From Paraspadella gotoi (Eukaryota > Animalia > Chaetognatha), in the NCBI GenBank assembly GCA_051294375.1, contig CM119266.1, forward strand, positions 12,700,081-12,764,080: a stretch of 64,000 nucleotides of DNA. Reading direction: 5' to 3'. The notes beneath the pieces were generated by a model, which was not told where the DNA came from, did no database searches, and saw only the letters and a list, made by a program, of their open reading frames with translations. Shown here piece after piece: positions 26,605 to 41,700 of the stretch (position 1 is its first letter; the number at the start of each line of letters is the position of its first letter). The position numbers and the translations under genes are program-made.

Positions 26605-28626
26605 TGAGAGAGAGAGAGAAATAATAAAGATACATTTTTGCAATGTAAAACAAAGATAAAAAGTTTGAAAAACTAACATTGGTGAAATTTAACATTTAAC
26701 TAGTATCGCATCAAAATATTTATTGAAAAAGGTTTAACGTTTTGCCTATACAACGATTTTTTTATTGTTAAGAATTAAGAGAGTCGAAACATGTACTCTT
26801 AACAATAAAAAAATCGTTTTTCAAAAGCCGCCAAAACCGCGGTCGGTGAAAGTAAAATTTAGCCCGAGTTTTTTTCTTTTTTGTCTTTCGTAATGATTTC
26901 CCTCAAGGCATTAAATTCTTCAATAATCTTCGCAGGGCTTCGCCTCATGGGTCTAACGCAGATTAAAAGCTCCAATATGATGTACGGAAAGTACTACTAC
27001 ATCAACGGTGCTATTCCCTTCATGCTTGAAATTTTGTCTCAGGTTCAAGAAACACAGCTTCGTCTCTCGCCCACGCTTTCGTAGTTCCGACAAGGAAACG
27101 CCGTTCCATCGATTGGAACCAAACGACAAAAGATGACGAGAAACGACATCGAGAAAAACAGCGCAAAGACAAAAACGGAAAAGGAAAGACGAAACAAAAG
27201 ATAACGCGAGAAAAAACGGAACAAACTGGAAGGGTCGTCGATAGAGCGCGCCATCTGAGCGCGGCTTTGCGAAGCGGACACACTTGTTCGAAACCCATAA
27301 AACAAAATATCATCGACATGCGGCAACTCGTGGCTAACATCAGAGCGACGACGAAAAGAGCAGAGGGAGCTGTCGCCGAGATGGAAAAGTGAGCACTATT
27401 TGAATTCGCAATTAATTAAAAATATTCTAAGGTTAATCAGTATTTTTTATTCCCTTCCATCTCCCAAAAAAAAGCAACATAAAATCGGTTACGAAGTTTC
27501 GCGAAAATGTTGCCGACTGCCAAAAATGCGAACAAAAGAGCAAACGGTAATACTCGAGGTGAATTTCGATGGAAACTGAGATGGTGAGAAAATACAAGTA
27601 TTTATAATATTTTTCCCACGTAATTTTAAGGTGGGACATATCGAACTCGATATCAGCCGACACTCCAAGCGTCGAACTCGATGTGCCACCGTGCCCGCGC
27701 CAGTTCCGTCCCGCGGCGCCGCTACCGCCGCAAATGATTCTCCCTATCAATGACCTCTATGGAAAAAAGGCAAATGATCTCTTTTTGTCGTTAATGATAC
27801 TAAAAATAACTATTTTCGGAACATTCCGCAGTCAAAAAACGTCTGTCCCGATATGTTCACTCGGCGTGAGAATTTGGGAGGCTGCTTCAAATTTGTTCCG
27901 ATCCCGATGACGTGGGCCAAGGCTCAGCAGTATTGCCTCGTGAGCGGCGCAAATTTGGCTAGCGTCGATTCCATGCAGGTATCGCCAAAACAAACAAAAA
28001 ATGATTTCACACGAGAAAATACAAAATTTTCAACGTCGTTTTCCAGAAAAATGAATTTTTAAAAACCGGCATCATGATGCTTAACGATGATCTCAAATCA
28101 ATGCCCCGTCATGTATCTACTGGTAAGCGGAAGATACAAATAACTTAAAAATGGACTAAAATATTTATTCCCGCCCCCCTCCCCCTATTTATCCTTTATA
28201 AGGCAATCGAATCAGTTGGTGGTTAGGAGCAACCGATCAACACATCGAGGGAATTTGGTTATCGGTAAGATAATTAAGATTAGCCATTAGGCTTGACGAG
28301 AATACTTTATTAGTGATTGGAAAAATGTCGCATTGCAATATCATAACATTGACTGATTTAGGTTGACGGAAAAGAACTGCGTAGCATCGACTGGTCAAAG
28401 GGAGAACCGAATAACGCGGCGGGCGGAGAACATTGCCTAACTTTTTGGACCCCGCACAGGTTCGATTAGCTGCTTCGTATGAAACCATTTCGAGTATTGA
28501 CTATTGTAGCAATTTTTTTTACATCCGTTTGACAGAAAACTACACGAGCCCGTACCTATCCACTGGAACGACTACGATTGTGAAAAAGAGGCAAAATTTG
28601 TGTGCGAGTTTCGGCTAGAATTATGA
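25966..28626 (+). CDS. Secreted C-type lectin domain protein (EPN/WND type), multi-exon
   Basis: Exons 27832-28626 splice in phase to CPDMF..GCFKFVPIPMTWAKAQQYC..GANLASV..WWLGATDQHIEGIWLSVDG..WSKGEPNNAAGGEHC..HWNDYDCEKEAKFVCEFRLEL*. Signal-peptide-like start MWLAAWSTIFMTLTTNGFIVAA at 25966; the N-terminal exon chain is less certain. Confidence 0.8.
26240..26865. mobile_element. MITE-like element with ~33-bp imperfect TIRs, in lectin intron 1
   Basis: gggttacttttactttcgccgaccggggtttgg matches the reverse complement of ccaaaaccgcggtcggtgaaagtaaaatttagccc; interior has GGGTTA-like repeats, an (AG)n tract and an ~80-bp internal direct repeat. Confidence 0.7.
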
Positions 28627-29367
28627 CATTTTACGTATAATTATAAACCTTATTGAACCTTACGAATATATCTACATACAAAATTGTTGAACCTCCGTTC
28701 TTTCTCTATAACGAATATTTTTATTACAAAAGTAAATTCAGTTGACGACATTTATTTTCCTTAAATAGCGATAAAACAGAGTTAACACAAAAATTACAAA
28801 CATTTTTCACAGAAAAATATAACGTTAAAATATGTAAACTAACAAAGACTAGTCATGGTCATTGATCAGGAGAAAAAACTGAAATAATCGCCCAGAGGTA
28901 AACGGGGTAAAAATTAATGAAATAAAAGTTCATGAATTCAAAACAAATTTACATAAACCTTCAAATGGATTATTTTAAAATATGAATAATTGATGAAAAC
29001 TTTTTAACACAGATAAAACGAAATCAAAGTCTAAACTTAAGGAGAGTACTATTGGGTCTGAGTAGTGCCGAGGAGCTCAAAAAGACGGATTTCAACCCTA
29101 AGGGTGTACTAAACATTTTCTTGTGAACTTTTCTGTGTAAATAGATTCATGTTACGACGAAGAACGACTGTACTAAATAAGGTTAGACGCGTGCGATTCG
29201 ACGAGGGAAGTCGGGGGACGGGGAATAACAAATACCGTAACAACGCACAGACTAATGCAATTCACAACGTATTGTGGGAGTAGAGATCAATGTTCACTAC
29301 GACGAGCGCAGGGGGGAAAGAGACGAGGTTTGACAGAAGATACGAGTCGTTAAGTTTCCCTATGAAA

Positions 29368-30756
29368 TCATGCTCCCGCGTTGCCAGTGCACAGAGTCTT
29401 CAGGTAACTGACTGCGTTTTGGGCCGCCTGCATGTGGGCGAGGTCCTTGGTGGCGCCGAGACCGTGGCACACTGCCACCGGCATCGTCGACAATTGAACG
29501 ATGCATTGATGACGTCCGCAAGTCGACATCTCGGGGAGATCGACGTAGCTGTTAATCAGTGGAATTTAATTAAACCGATTGATACAATACAACAGATGTT
29601 AAGCTTTCTTCCTCTACTCACGTGACTTCGAATCCGTGCGTCTCAGCGACAGTCTGAAGGACTTGGATGAAGTTGGTCACGGCCGACGACGACTTCTTGC
29701 CCTTGTTGGCCTTGACCTTGTTGGCCAGGGCGACGGTGGCCGGGGTAGGGTTGACGCCCATCAAGCCCTGCAGAGCCAGGTCGCCACCGCTGATAGGTGG
29801 CAGCTGAGACGCCGCCTCTTTTTTCTTCTCCTCTCGCATGATGGCGTAGTAGGAAGTCTTGATCTGTTCTGCGTCGACTTCCTCGCCTTTAAACAGAGAA
29901 CAAAAAAAGAAATTGGAAAAGTAGGCGACCAAAAAGCGATTTACCGAATCAAAACTTCGCTTACCGGCCGCATCGGCGTCCTCCAACTTGGCGGCCTCCA
30001 GCTCCAGCTTTTTCAGCATGTTGTAGGCGGCGGCGCGCTTGGCGTTTTTCTTCGACTTCCCGACCCCGGTGTCTTGAAGTTTGCCCAAATGAACGATGCA
30101 GACGAACTCGCTACAAATTGACGAATAAGACGAAAATGAAATTTACATATAAGACTAACTGAGAATCAATTTTAGCTTACCGACAATGAGGCGGCCCCTG
30201 CTCAGATATGAACTCGTAGATGGGAGGTCGCAGTAGTTTCTTTTGTGTGAATTCTTGTAGCCCCTTTACATTAGGAAACAGACGTCAGGAAAAAATGCGA
30301 TAATTGATCTCAGACGCAATTAACTCACCCCAACAGGATTTCCCGGGACGTCGTCGTCGTCGGGGTCAGTGACGACCCCCGAAGACGGCACCTCGATCTT
30401 GCACGCTTTGGCGAAAATTTCCGTGACCGCCATGTCTTGACCTAATCCAGAATCAGACCCTAAAAGGAATGCCATTCTCACTGAAAATTCTTAACGATTC
30501 TCAAAGTCGCTCACCCTGGATAACCTCACCCGCGGCGCTGGCGACGACCTGGCGTATCCGTTCCAGCGCCTCTTGGGCCGCCGAGTGCTTGGCCTTTTTC
30601 TTGGAGGGCCCCTTTCCCTGCGCCACGATCTCGCCGACCACGACGCGATACACGAAAACGGGCTCGTGGGACTGCCCCTCGTTGGCCACTAGGTCGTAGG
30701 TCGGCGTCATGCCACGTGGGCGCAGAATTCCTGAGAGAGGCAAAAGATGTGTGTGT

Positions 30757-30794
<38 letters not shown>

Positions 30795-30958
30795 GAGAGA
30801 GAAAAAGGGAGAGAGAGATGAGAGAGAGAGAGAGAGAGAGAGACCCACAAAGAGGCTCTCACCTGCAACGCAGAGATTGGCGTTTTGGTCGGCATTGGGA
30901 TCATGGATGTCGACGGCGCCGACGACACGGAAGCTTCGGACGATGAAATCGTCATCAT
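29368..30958 (-). CDS. TARBP2: TRBP/PACT/Loquacious-family triple dsRNA-binding-domain protein (7 exons; apparent 1-nt frameshift near 30718)
   Basis: KTPISALQE..TPTYDLVANEGQSHEPVF..GKGPSKKKAKHSAA (dsRBD1), NPVGGLQEFTQKK..QGPPHCREF..GKSKKNAKRAAA (dsRBD2), YVDLPEMS..QCIVQLSTMPVAVCHG..AAQNAVSYLK (dsRBD3); GT-AG junctions traced. Confidence 0.9.
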
Positions 30959-31230
30959 GTTGGGAAAGTTGTTTATTTTACTACTGATTAAATATAAATA
31001 ACAATGTGAGACAAACATTAAAAGTGAAAAAATCAATATAACAATACAATAGAAAACATAACCATTCACATAAGACAAGTAATGTAAAGCAACCAAAAAT
31101 ACTGACCGGTGCACCAAAAAGCGGTATATCTAGTTTTGTCTTGCTAGTCTCTTTTTTGATCGTTAGTCTTTTCGCAGAAATTATCACAAAAAACGCATTT
31201 AATAATACTGCTTTTGATTTCCATTTTCGC

Positions 31231-33361
31231 TCATGTCTCCGTCCATTCCTTGTCACAAAATCCCGGTCCGGCAATTGGAGCAGCGGGAATTCCACGATGA
31301 ATGAGGCGACACTGCATCTCGAAGACGCGCGAAGCGACGCTCTTGAAGTCCTTCGTCTCCTTGGAGCTCCAAAGACGCTCGGCAACGATAAACGCATTGG
31401 GCCAAGTATTGGACAAAACGTTGGAACTGTCCGCAAATTCACCCCACATGCAGGCTTCGAAGAAAAAAAAGTTTAGAAAAACTAGCTTGGCAACTGAATA
31501 AACATCGTCATTCGGAAGCGTATTATGGAATCAGCGCTTATTTCTAACCTTCGCCTCCGACCACGAGATCCTTTTGACGCTGGGTTCCGTTGAAATCCTG
31601 TGGGTCGATCATGTAGTAATGTTGAATGGGATCCCATCCGGCCTGGTTCGGATGTAAACTGATGTACCAGGAAGACGAGAGAATAGTTTTGTAACCTAGA
31701 GGTCAATATCGGTGACAAAAATACGTTATTCGGCAATCGACAAACAAAAGATGCTCAATTGCTCATGATGTTGAAAACCTTGAGACGTAATGTTCTTTAC
31801 GAAATCTTTCCATCCGTTTGGGTCGCCTAACCAAACGTGAATATAAGTATTTGGGTCGGGTTTGACGCCGTTAAGCAGCGGATCTTGCCAGATGATGTAT
31901 CTAACCAAATGATAGGTGAAGTATAAGTTCATAAGCATGATTTACAAAAGCAAAAAATATCTTACTTCATTCCCAGACTAGATACGATGTCCAAAAGAGT
32001 GCTCATATAGTAATTTTCCAATTGCCCGTAAGTGGTGATATTTTTCTTTTGCATAAATTTCTTGACGAAGGGATTGCTCTGCCAGCAACCAAATGAGACC
32101 TCGTCGCCTCCCAAGTGAATGTATTTGTCGGGAAAGACTTTCTTCCATTCTTCGGCCAACTTTTTCAGGATTTCAAAAGAGGAGCTCTTCGTGGGATCCA
32201 CCGGGCCGAGAGATCCGTCCGGAGATCCTCCGCTGTAGCAGCGGGTCAATAATTGCGGCAGTCCGCGCCCCCAAGAAAGACTGTGACCTGAAGACAAACT
32301 TCTGTAAGCAAATGATGCATATGGAAAAAGGAGAAGAATGGCCGAGCTATACCTGGGGTATCAAACTCCGGTATAACTCGAATGCCCCTGAGACGAGCAT
32401 ATTCGATTAACTCGGCAATGTCTTCCTATAAATTAAATGAAGCACATATAGGATCAGATAGAAAAATTACTCCACAGTCCACAACATTAAAACATTAGCG
32501 CTTAAAATACCTGCGAATAAACATGCGATGGACTGAAGGCACCTTTTTCTGTCATGTTTGGAAAAGTGGTGCTCGCGTAAGGAAACGATTCATCGTCAAC
32601 GATGTGCCAATGAAAAACGTTCAGCTTCGCATAGGACATGGCGTCAAGATTGCGCATAAGAACGTTCTAAAATAAATCGAACAACTTTTAGTTGATAAAA
32701 CCGTCACACTTAAAGGCCAATCGAACGGCAAACACCACGAACTTGCCTTGGTCAAAAAATGGCGTCCGGTGTCCAACAGCAATCCCCGATGAGTGAATCG
32801 GGGATGATCATATATGAGCGTGGCCGTCGTTTGCAAGCATTTGCTCGTCGGGTCTCGATAAACGAGTTGACTGAATGTCTCCAGGCCTCTCAACGCGCCC
32901 CAAACCTCGCGAGCTCGGATTAATGCTACGGAAGGCGACACATTCAAGTAATAACTCTCGTCAGAGACGTCAGTTGGATAGATCCCGCCGTCGCACGGCG
33001 TGTCGATCTCGATGAGCAGCTTTCGAAGAACGATGGATCTCGCTTCGCATTCAAGCGGGGTTTTAAGACCGGGCGATCCCGGCAACGGCCATCCACCGCC
33101 GGCAGATTCTCCAGTTAAGATGAGAGGAAAGTAGCGCGCAATAGCGGCCGAGAGAATATCGCAATTGAGACCAATGGGAGCGATTTGGAATTGGTAAGGG
33201 AGAAGAGTGATGGGTCCTTCGTCATCCGTGACCTCCATAGACTGCGGCTGAGGAATCGGACGGCCTCGAGTGGCGCGAATCGGATACCAGCCCAAGTGGG
33301 TGCGAGTGTGGGAGGTCGAAATGGCGACGAAGCCAAGGAGAAGAAAAGCCCGAAACCACAT
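31231..33361 (-). CDS. HEXB: Lysosomal beta-hexosaminidase (GH20; HEXA/HEXB co-orthologue)
   Basis: Signal peptide; [48 protein letters not shown], catalytic HLGGDEV, GGEACMWGE, AERLWS. Confidence 0.93.
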
Positions 33362-33552
33362 AATGGCTAAATTAATAAACTAAAAAACGTAAAAGTATAA
33401 TTCGTAAAAACGGAACATTTTTTAAGTACGCGCCACCAGGAAAAAAATGGTGTATTTTCCACAAAGTAACAATATTAAAGTTTCGTTGAAGGCAGACTAT
33501 CACAGTTTTGATGGTCAGTCAATCGTAATATTAAAACGACGAGCTTTTTTTG

Positions 33553-35617
<2,065 letters not shown>

Positions 35618-35743
35618 TGCCCTTTTTTCGCCTCGACAAGAAAATCACTCGCTAAAACAAAAACAAATCCTCGTAAAATGACGTAAAATAGTAACACTGG
35701 AAGAACCGTTGAGTTTATAACAATAACATGGCATGCCACCCAG

Positions 35744-38700
35744 TCACGGCGTNNNNNNNNNNGACGAAGTGAATATTTGTTGCAACGCTTTAGGCAAATC
35801 CTTCGTGTCCATGCAGACAAAGGCCCTGCCGGCGGGCAGTCGCTGCTGCAGGAGGTAGGCTTGGTCTCCGAGGGAACCGATGAAGACGGCGAAGGCGTTG
35901 ACCTTCGGGTCGGAAGTGAGGATTCGTCCAAACTCTGCGTGCGAGATCCCGTAGCGACTAAAATTGGCATCGGAGAGGACGATGACGAAATATTCGTCGG
36001 CCTCGTCGAAAGCGGCGCCCGAATTACCGGCGCTGGCTACGGTGGAGAAGGGTTCGGTCACGGAATCGATGGCGTGTTTGGTTGCAGGAAGAGTGTAGTC
36101 GCCCGAGAGGCAAAATTGCGAGTGAGCGTGCATCGTTTTTAGGACTTCCAATCGGTCCTTGGCGTGCTTGGGTGGAGAATCGGGAGATACAAAATTTATG
36201 TCGTAGCCCTCGCCCGAGTGGCCGACGACGTCGTAGCAGATCTTCTGCTCGTAACTCTCCAACGCCTCCATCAGCATCAAGATGGCCTCCATCTCGCGAT
36301 CGAGACGCCCGTCGACACCGTTGAATCGGTACATACTACCCGAGACATCGACGACGAGCTTGAGGCGTTTAGGCTTTTCCTGTGGAGTGCCGGGCTCCGG
36401 ATCATGTTCTCCGCGCCGTTTGTAGATGGCCTTTTCGCCCGTGAGGCCTTCGACCAACTTGCTCTCATCCAGGTCGCCGTAGGCCTGATGCTTCAACCAC
36501 TGCCGCTCTTTGCCCTTCGCGTGCAGCGATTCCAAAATGTTGCGCAGATGTGTCACTTGTTTTCTGTTAGATTTTTAGGAAAATCAAATTCATTAGCCTA
36601 CTTTGGGTGTGATAAAATAAGGGAAATATGAAAATGCAAATATTAATTTTAACCTGATGGGGCCGGAAAATTCCTCATATTGTTCAGCATCGTAGGCCGA
36701 CATCTGGATTTCCTTAAGCCTTTCTCGAAACGCCTTCTCCGCCATCTCTCTCGCGGCGATCTTAACTTCCTCCGGAACGGCTTCTTTCTCCGCGTCAGAC
36801 AACTGGTGCACTTGATGCCCTGAATTAAGTATATATGATCAATCGTCGTACTTATACGTTTAATACATCATCTGCTTCTTTCTCTCTATACCCGAGTCCA
36901 ATCTGAATGGTCCTCCTTTTCCCCCCAGTCCAGCCGTGTCTCGGCCTCCTGATCCACCGGCCCAAGTGTTTCCACCGACGTGCGCCTCGTTCTTCTCGTC
37001 AAACTTGCCGATCTTCGGCCCCGTCGCGTCTTTACCGCTGTCGCGGAAGAGTAGCTCCAGCTTTTCAGCGTCACCGGCGCCGATCATCTTGCGCCAATTC
37101 TCCAGCGACTGCGTCAGGGATCGCGTCGACGTCTCCCAAAGACGGACGGAGCCGCCAGCGTCGACGGTGACGACAGTGTCGCGGTCAGGCATCGATGACA
37201 TGACCAGATGGACGTCGGACACTGAGGAGAGCCAATGCATGAAGGAGGACATGCGCTCCACGGGCGGGACGGGGATGTAGGTGAGTTTCTTGTCGGCGAC
37301 GTGGACAACCTCGAGAAAGCCTGCGACCTTGCCGGGCTCCTTTACATTTCGAGGACCGAAGGCTGAGGAAGAATTGTCGGATCCATAGGCTTCCTTAAGC
37401 GGGACCAAGGATTTGGGAATGGCGCGGACGACCTAGTAAGGAAAAAAGGACCAAGTTAAAATTTTTCACACTTTTTTGTTTATAGCGAATGATTACCAAA
37501 GCCGAGTCAGGCAGAACGACCGTCGGTCTGTTGTCCATATGGACGCTGTTAAACGAATCCAAAATCGAGCTGTCAATCTCTGGTCGAGGCCAAGAATAGA
37601 TATCCGAGGTCATGAGTTCGGGAAAACCGAGCGCTACCGACGCCAACGCATTTTCGGCGTTGGTCGAAGCGATGAGACGATTCGGGCAGGAAATCTTAGA
37701 ATCGAGTGATTTAGAGAGAAGCTCGTCTGTCAATCCCGTCGCGGAGATGCACGATATCGAGGGAGAAGCCGAACTGAAAAATCAATTTACTTATTATGAA
37801 ATATAGAATGAGTTATGTATTTATGTGTTTATGTAAATTTTTTATATAGTTCTTTAATCTTTAGTTAATATTTAATTGTAAAATTTTTTTTTGTTAAAAA
37901 TGCGTTTTTAACAGAAAAATGACGGACTCAAATCCGGTGGCCCAATGGTTTAACGTAACTTTTGTCTTTTACTCTCCTTTAAAACGATTTCAACAACTTG
38001 TCATCATCTCTTGTTCTTTGAGAAAAAAAAACTGTTTCGTTTTAACTCTATTTTAGGTGTTAAGTTGACAAAAAAAATAAAACCTTACTCTGCCGACAAT
38101 TCTTGTAGTCCGTAAGAAGACGGAATGCCCAAAGGACCTAACGCATCCGCCGTGACCAAAAAACAGCTTCCGTTTTCGGCGTCGTTGGCGACAAAGGCAA
38201 AACCCTCCTCCTCTGGGGAGACGATTTTCACGTTGACAACGCCGAAGGGCAATTGAATCCTGTGCGCGAAATTTGGTTTCGCGAAACGCAACACATCGAC
38301 GTACGACTCTCCGTCCTGATAAAAAGCCAACAGTCCGCCGTGCTCTTCCATGGAGGAAAAATCGGAAACCATTCTGTGCCGTGTCTTGTCAGCGCGGGCC
38401 AAGCGGCCGCCAGATCCCATCGTGGATTTTCGAATGGCGTTTGAGGCGCGGGCGATCACCGATTGATCCAACATCATCACCTTGGTCACGTCGCCCGTCG
38501 CGGGTGTCACGTAATGAACGGCTCCAGTTACTTCTTCGTGAACGACCACGGATTCTCGGTAAGGGACAGGAAGCCCGGCGAGGCGCGCCCGAGGTTTGAA
38601 CGCGCTGAGGTTGCGTGGGAAAAAGTCCCAAAGGTCGGTACAGTGAATCGTCGCGGCGCTGAGGTCCGATGTCATGACGGAAATTGGATTTACGGCCGCT

Positions 38701-41700
38701 ACGTGGACGAGCTCCGCAAAGCCGTGACTCACGGCGACGACGTCCGTCATGAAGTTCGTCTCGTGAAGCGGCATCGTCCACGACGTCTTCTCTTCAGTGA
38801 ACTCATCGCACGGCGATCAGTCAATTCCAGGGGGAACTGCTGGGCGCGAATTCGGGCCGGAACCTCGAAGACCACGTGGCGGGGAGAGACTTGGCAAGAA
38901 GGAGAGGAGACGGATTCCAGCGTCGGCCGCTTTAAATTCCATCTTCCGACGAGCGCTGGCGGCGGAAGTTTGACGTCCCTGGCGAGGAGCACGTTGGCGG
39001 GATGCGCTCCGAGAGGAATACCGTGCTTGTGCAGAGTGTCGATGACGGTCTGTTTCATTTCCTCGTTATAAGCGTCAAAGTCGATGACGTTACGAACGAC
39101 AGAGGCGAGTCTTCGTGAGAAAAACGCTGTAGATGCCTCACGATGTTAACGACCTCCCGCGTCGAATAGGGATAAGCGATCTGCCCCTGATCCGCCAATC
39201 CGCGCAGTTCGCCGAAAGCCATTACCAGCTTCTTCAAGATCTCCTCGGGCAAATGGGACCGTAGCTCCGCAGCAGCTGCATCTCCGACGCGAGATCGGGA
39301 TTGTCGATGGCGTGGGCCGAAAAGAGATCGCCGAGGGAAGCAAAGAAGTCGTTTCCCAAAAAAGGGAAACCCGGTCGATTGGCCAGCACGATCATCCGAA
39401 ATCAGGGTGAGTTACGATAACGTCTTCGTCCGTCGTTTCGGCTTCGAGTTGCCGGCAAGTATGCGACGCCCGTCCCCGAGGATCATGGATCCGCTCTCAA
39501 CGAGCGTTTTGAGTACGCAGGTGACGTGGGTAGGCGCCTTATCAGCTTCGTCCACGACCAGGACGTAGCCATTCTTGACAGCGCGAACGAGTGGTGAGTC
39601 TTCGTAAGTGATGACTCCGTCGGAGACTTTGGGTTGCAAAGTCAATGACTGCACGGTTGTGTCGCGATGTAGCTGAACATATTCGCGCGGCCGACGCAGC
39701 AGCTGCAAAAAACGATCGACGATTTTGTTTTTGCCAACGCCCTGATTGCCGACCAGCAGCAAATGTTCACCCAGTTGGAAGTCCTGGAGCATGGCCTCCA
39801 AGACACGAAGGTGTTGGGTATTTTCATAAAAGATAAATTTGTCAGGAACGAGAAAAGCATCTTTGCTTTCGTAAAGCGGCGCCTTCGTTGCTCCGATGAT
39901 AAGGAGTCCGTCTTTCACAACCACCTGCGTCATTTCTCCTGATTTGAGCGGTCTCTTTTCTATTCCCTCTTTCTCCATGCTCGCATCCAAAGCGTTTTTA
40001 GCGAGCGAGGGAAGGAAGCGCGAGAGGCATGACTTTTCAATGGCAGCTCGTAGGTCGGGCGCAGCGTCGGGAAAGGAGGCCATCTGACGGGCGGTTCTGA
40101 GGAGCTGACGAGTTGATAAGGAAGTCGAGAGCGATTTTAGCGTGGGGTCGCGGGAATCACGCAAAGACTGAGTAAATCGCAACAAAGGTTCGATTTTGGC
40201 ACGTTCGAGATTGGGCACGCTCTTTGTGATCACGTCCAATTCCTCAGCAATACCCAAAGGCCTCATTTGATGATAAAAGAAAAGCGACAACTGCTCCGCA
40301 TTGAGCCAAGCTTGCGAAGCCGTACCGCCGGTTATAGGGGGTTCAGCCAACGCGACAATGCGAAAGGAAGGGTGAATGGGCAGGATGCGCCGATCGTTCA
40401 TCTCGGTCTCGCTCCACCCGGCTTTACGAGCGACGGCGTCGTACTTGTCGCGGGCCATGATGCGGGTCCCGTCGAAGAGGGTCGTCTCCCTATCATGCAC
40501 AAGCCGAGCCAAAGTCGCCAGCGTAGATCGGTGCAGCCGGTGTATTCCGTCCAGCACGGCCAAGCGGCCCTCGACGGCGGCGCGAACCAAGGAACTTTGG
40601 ATCCAGACCGTGTCTCCGGCGGCGTTCGTTGTCCGAGTTTGCAGCAAATCCCGCGAAGTCATGTCGGCGTAGAGAAGAATGGGCGCGGTCTCGTAGCCGA
40701 GAGCGGAGGCCAGACGGGAGACGACCTCCGTCTTGCCACAACCCTTGGGACCGATGAGGCAAAAGTCCCGAACTGCGTGAGACTGGAGAATCTCGCCGAT
40801 GATTGACTCGTGATAGGCGTTGGTGACGTAAGAGGTAGGCGAGGATATTTCCGATTTGGTTCCCATGGGAACATCGAAGGCGTGACGCTTGCCGGACGAC
40901 GACGACGCCAGCGTCACCGTCGCCGAATGAGGGGATGAAGAAGAGGATGCAATTTCGGACAAGTGAAAGTCGTCGATTTCCCTTTCGAGAAGATTGAAAG
41001 TTTTGAGCGCGTCCTTGGCAATGTTTTGCGAATCTTCCTTGAGAACAATCTCGTAGGGGTAAATGCGTTTGACTAGCGTGTGAGCGGAGAGAGATGGGAC
41101 GTTGTTTAAAACTCGCGCGGATTCTGGGAGAAGATCGAAAGGAAATTCGAGGAGAGAATAGCCACCGCCGACTTCTTTAGATTGGAGAGCGGTGACGAAC
41201 GAAAGGAGACGAGTGAGACGGTCCTTGGAAACGGAGGGAGCTAAGGCCAACATTTGGTCGAGTCGCTCTTGAAACGGAACAGAACCGACGTCGCGAGCTT
41301 GGAAACGGCTACGCAGCGGCGGATCAAGGGCGTTGCCAGGAAACTTTGGCACTGGGTGACCAAGGGCGATAACCCGGAAGTCCTCGGAGACGCGCAGTAG
41401 ACGCCATGAGTCGAGCTCTGCTCTGGAGTGCGAGAGAAGGAGCTCGTCGTAGCGAGGACCCGCAACGAGGAATCTTTCAAAATCAGTTAATTGTAATTGG
41501 GTAATTAAATTGAAGTAGTAATCAATTCGGGGCATGACTAATCGGCCGACTCGTCCTCACCTTCCATCGTCCAACTGCATCTCTCGATTTTCCAGCAGAT
41601 TGTTTAAGATGGGCAGGACGTTCCGCTCGGCCTTATCGATGCCCTCCAATACGAGCACCCTTCCCTCGACAGCCGCCCGTACCGCCGCCTGGTCGAGATA

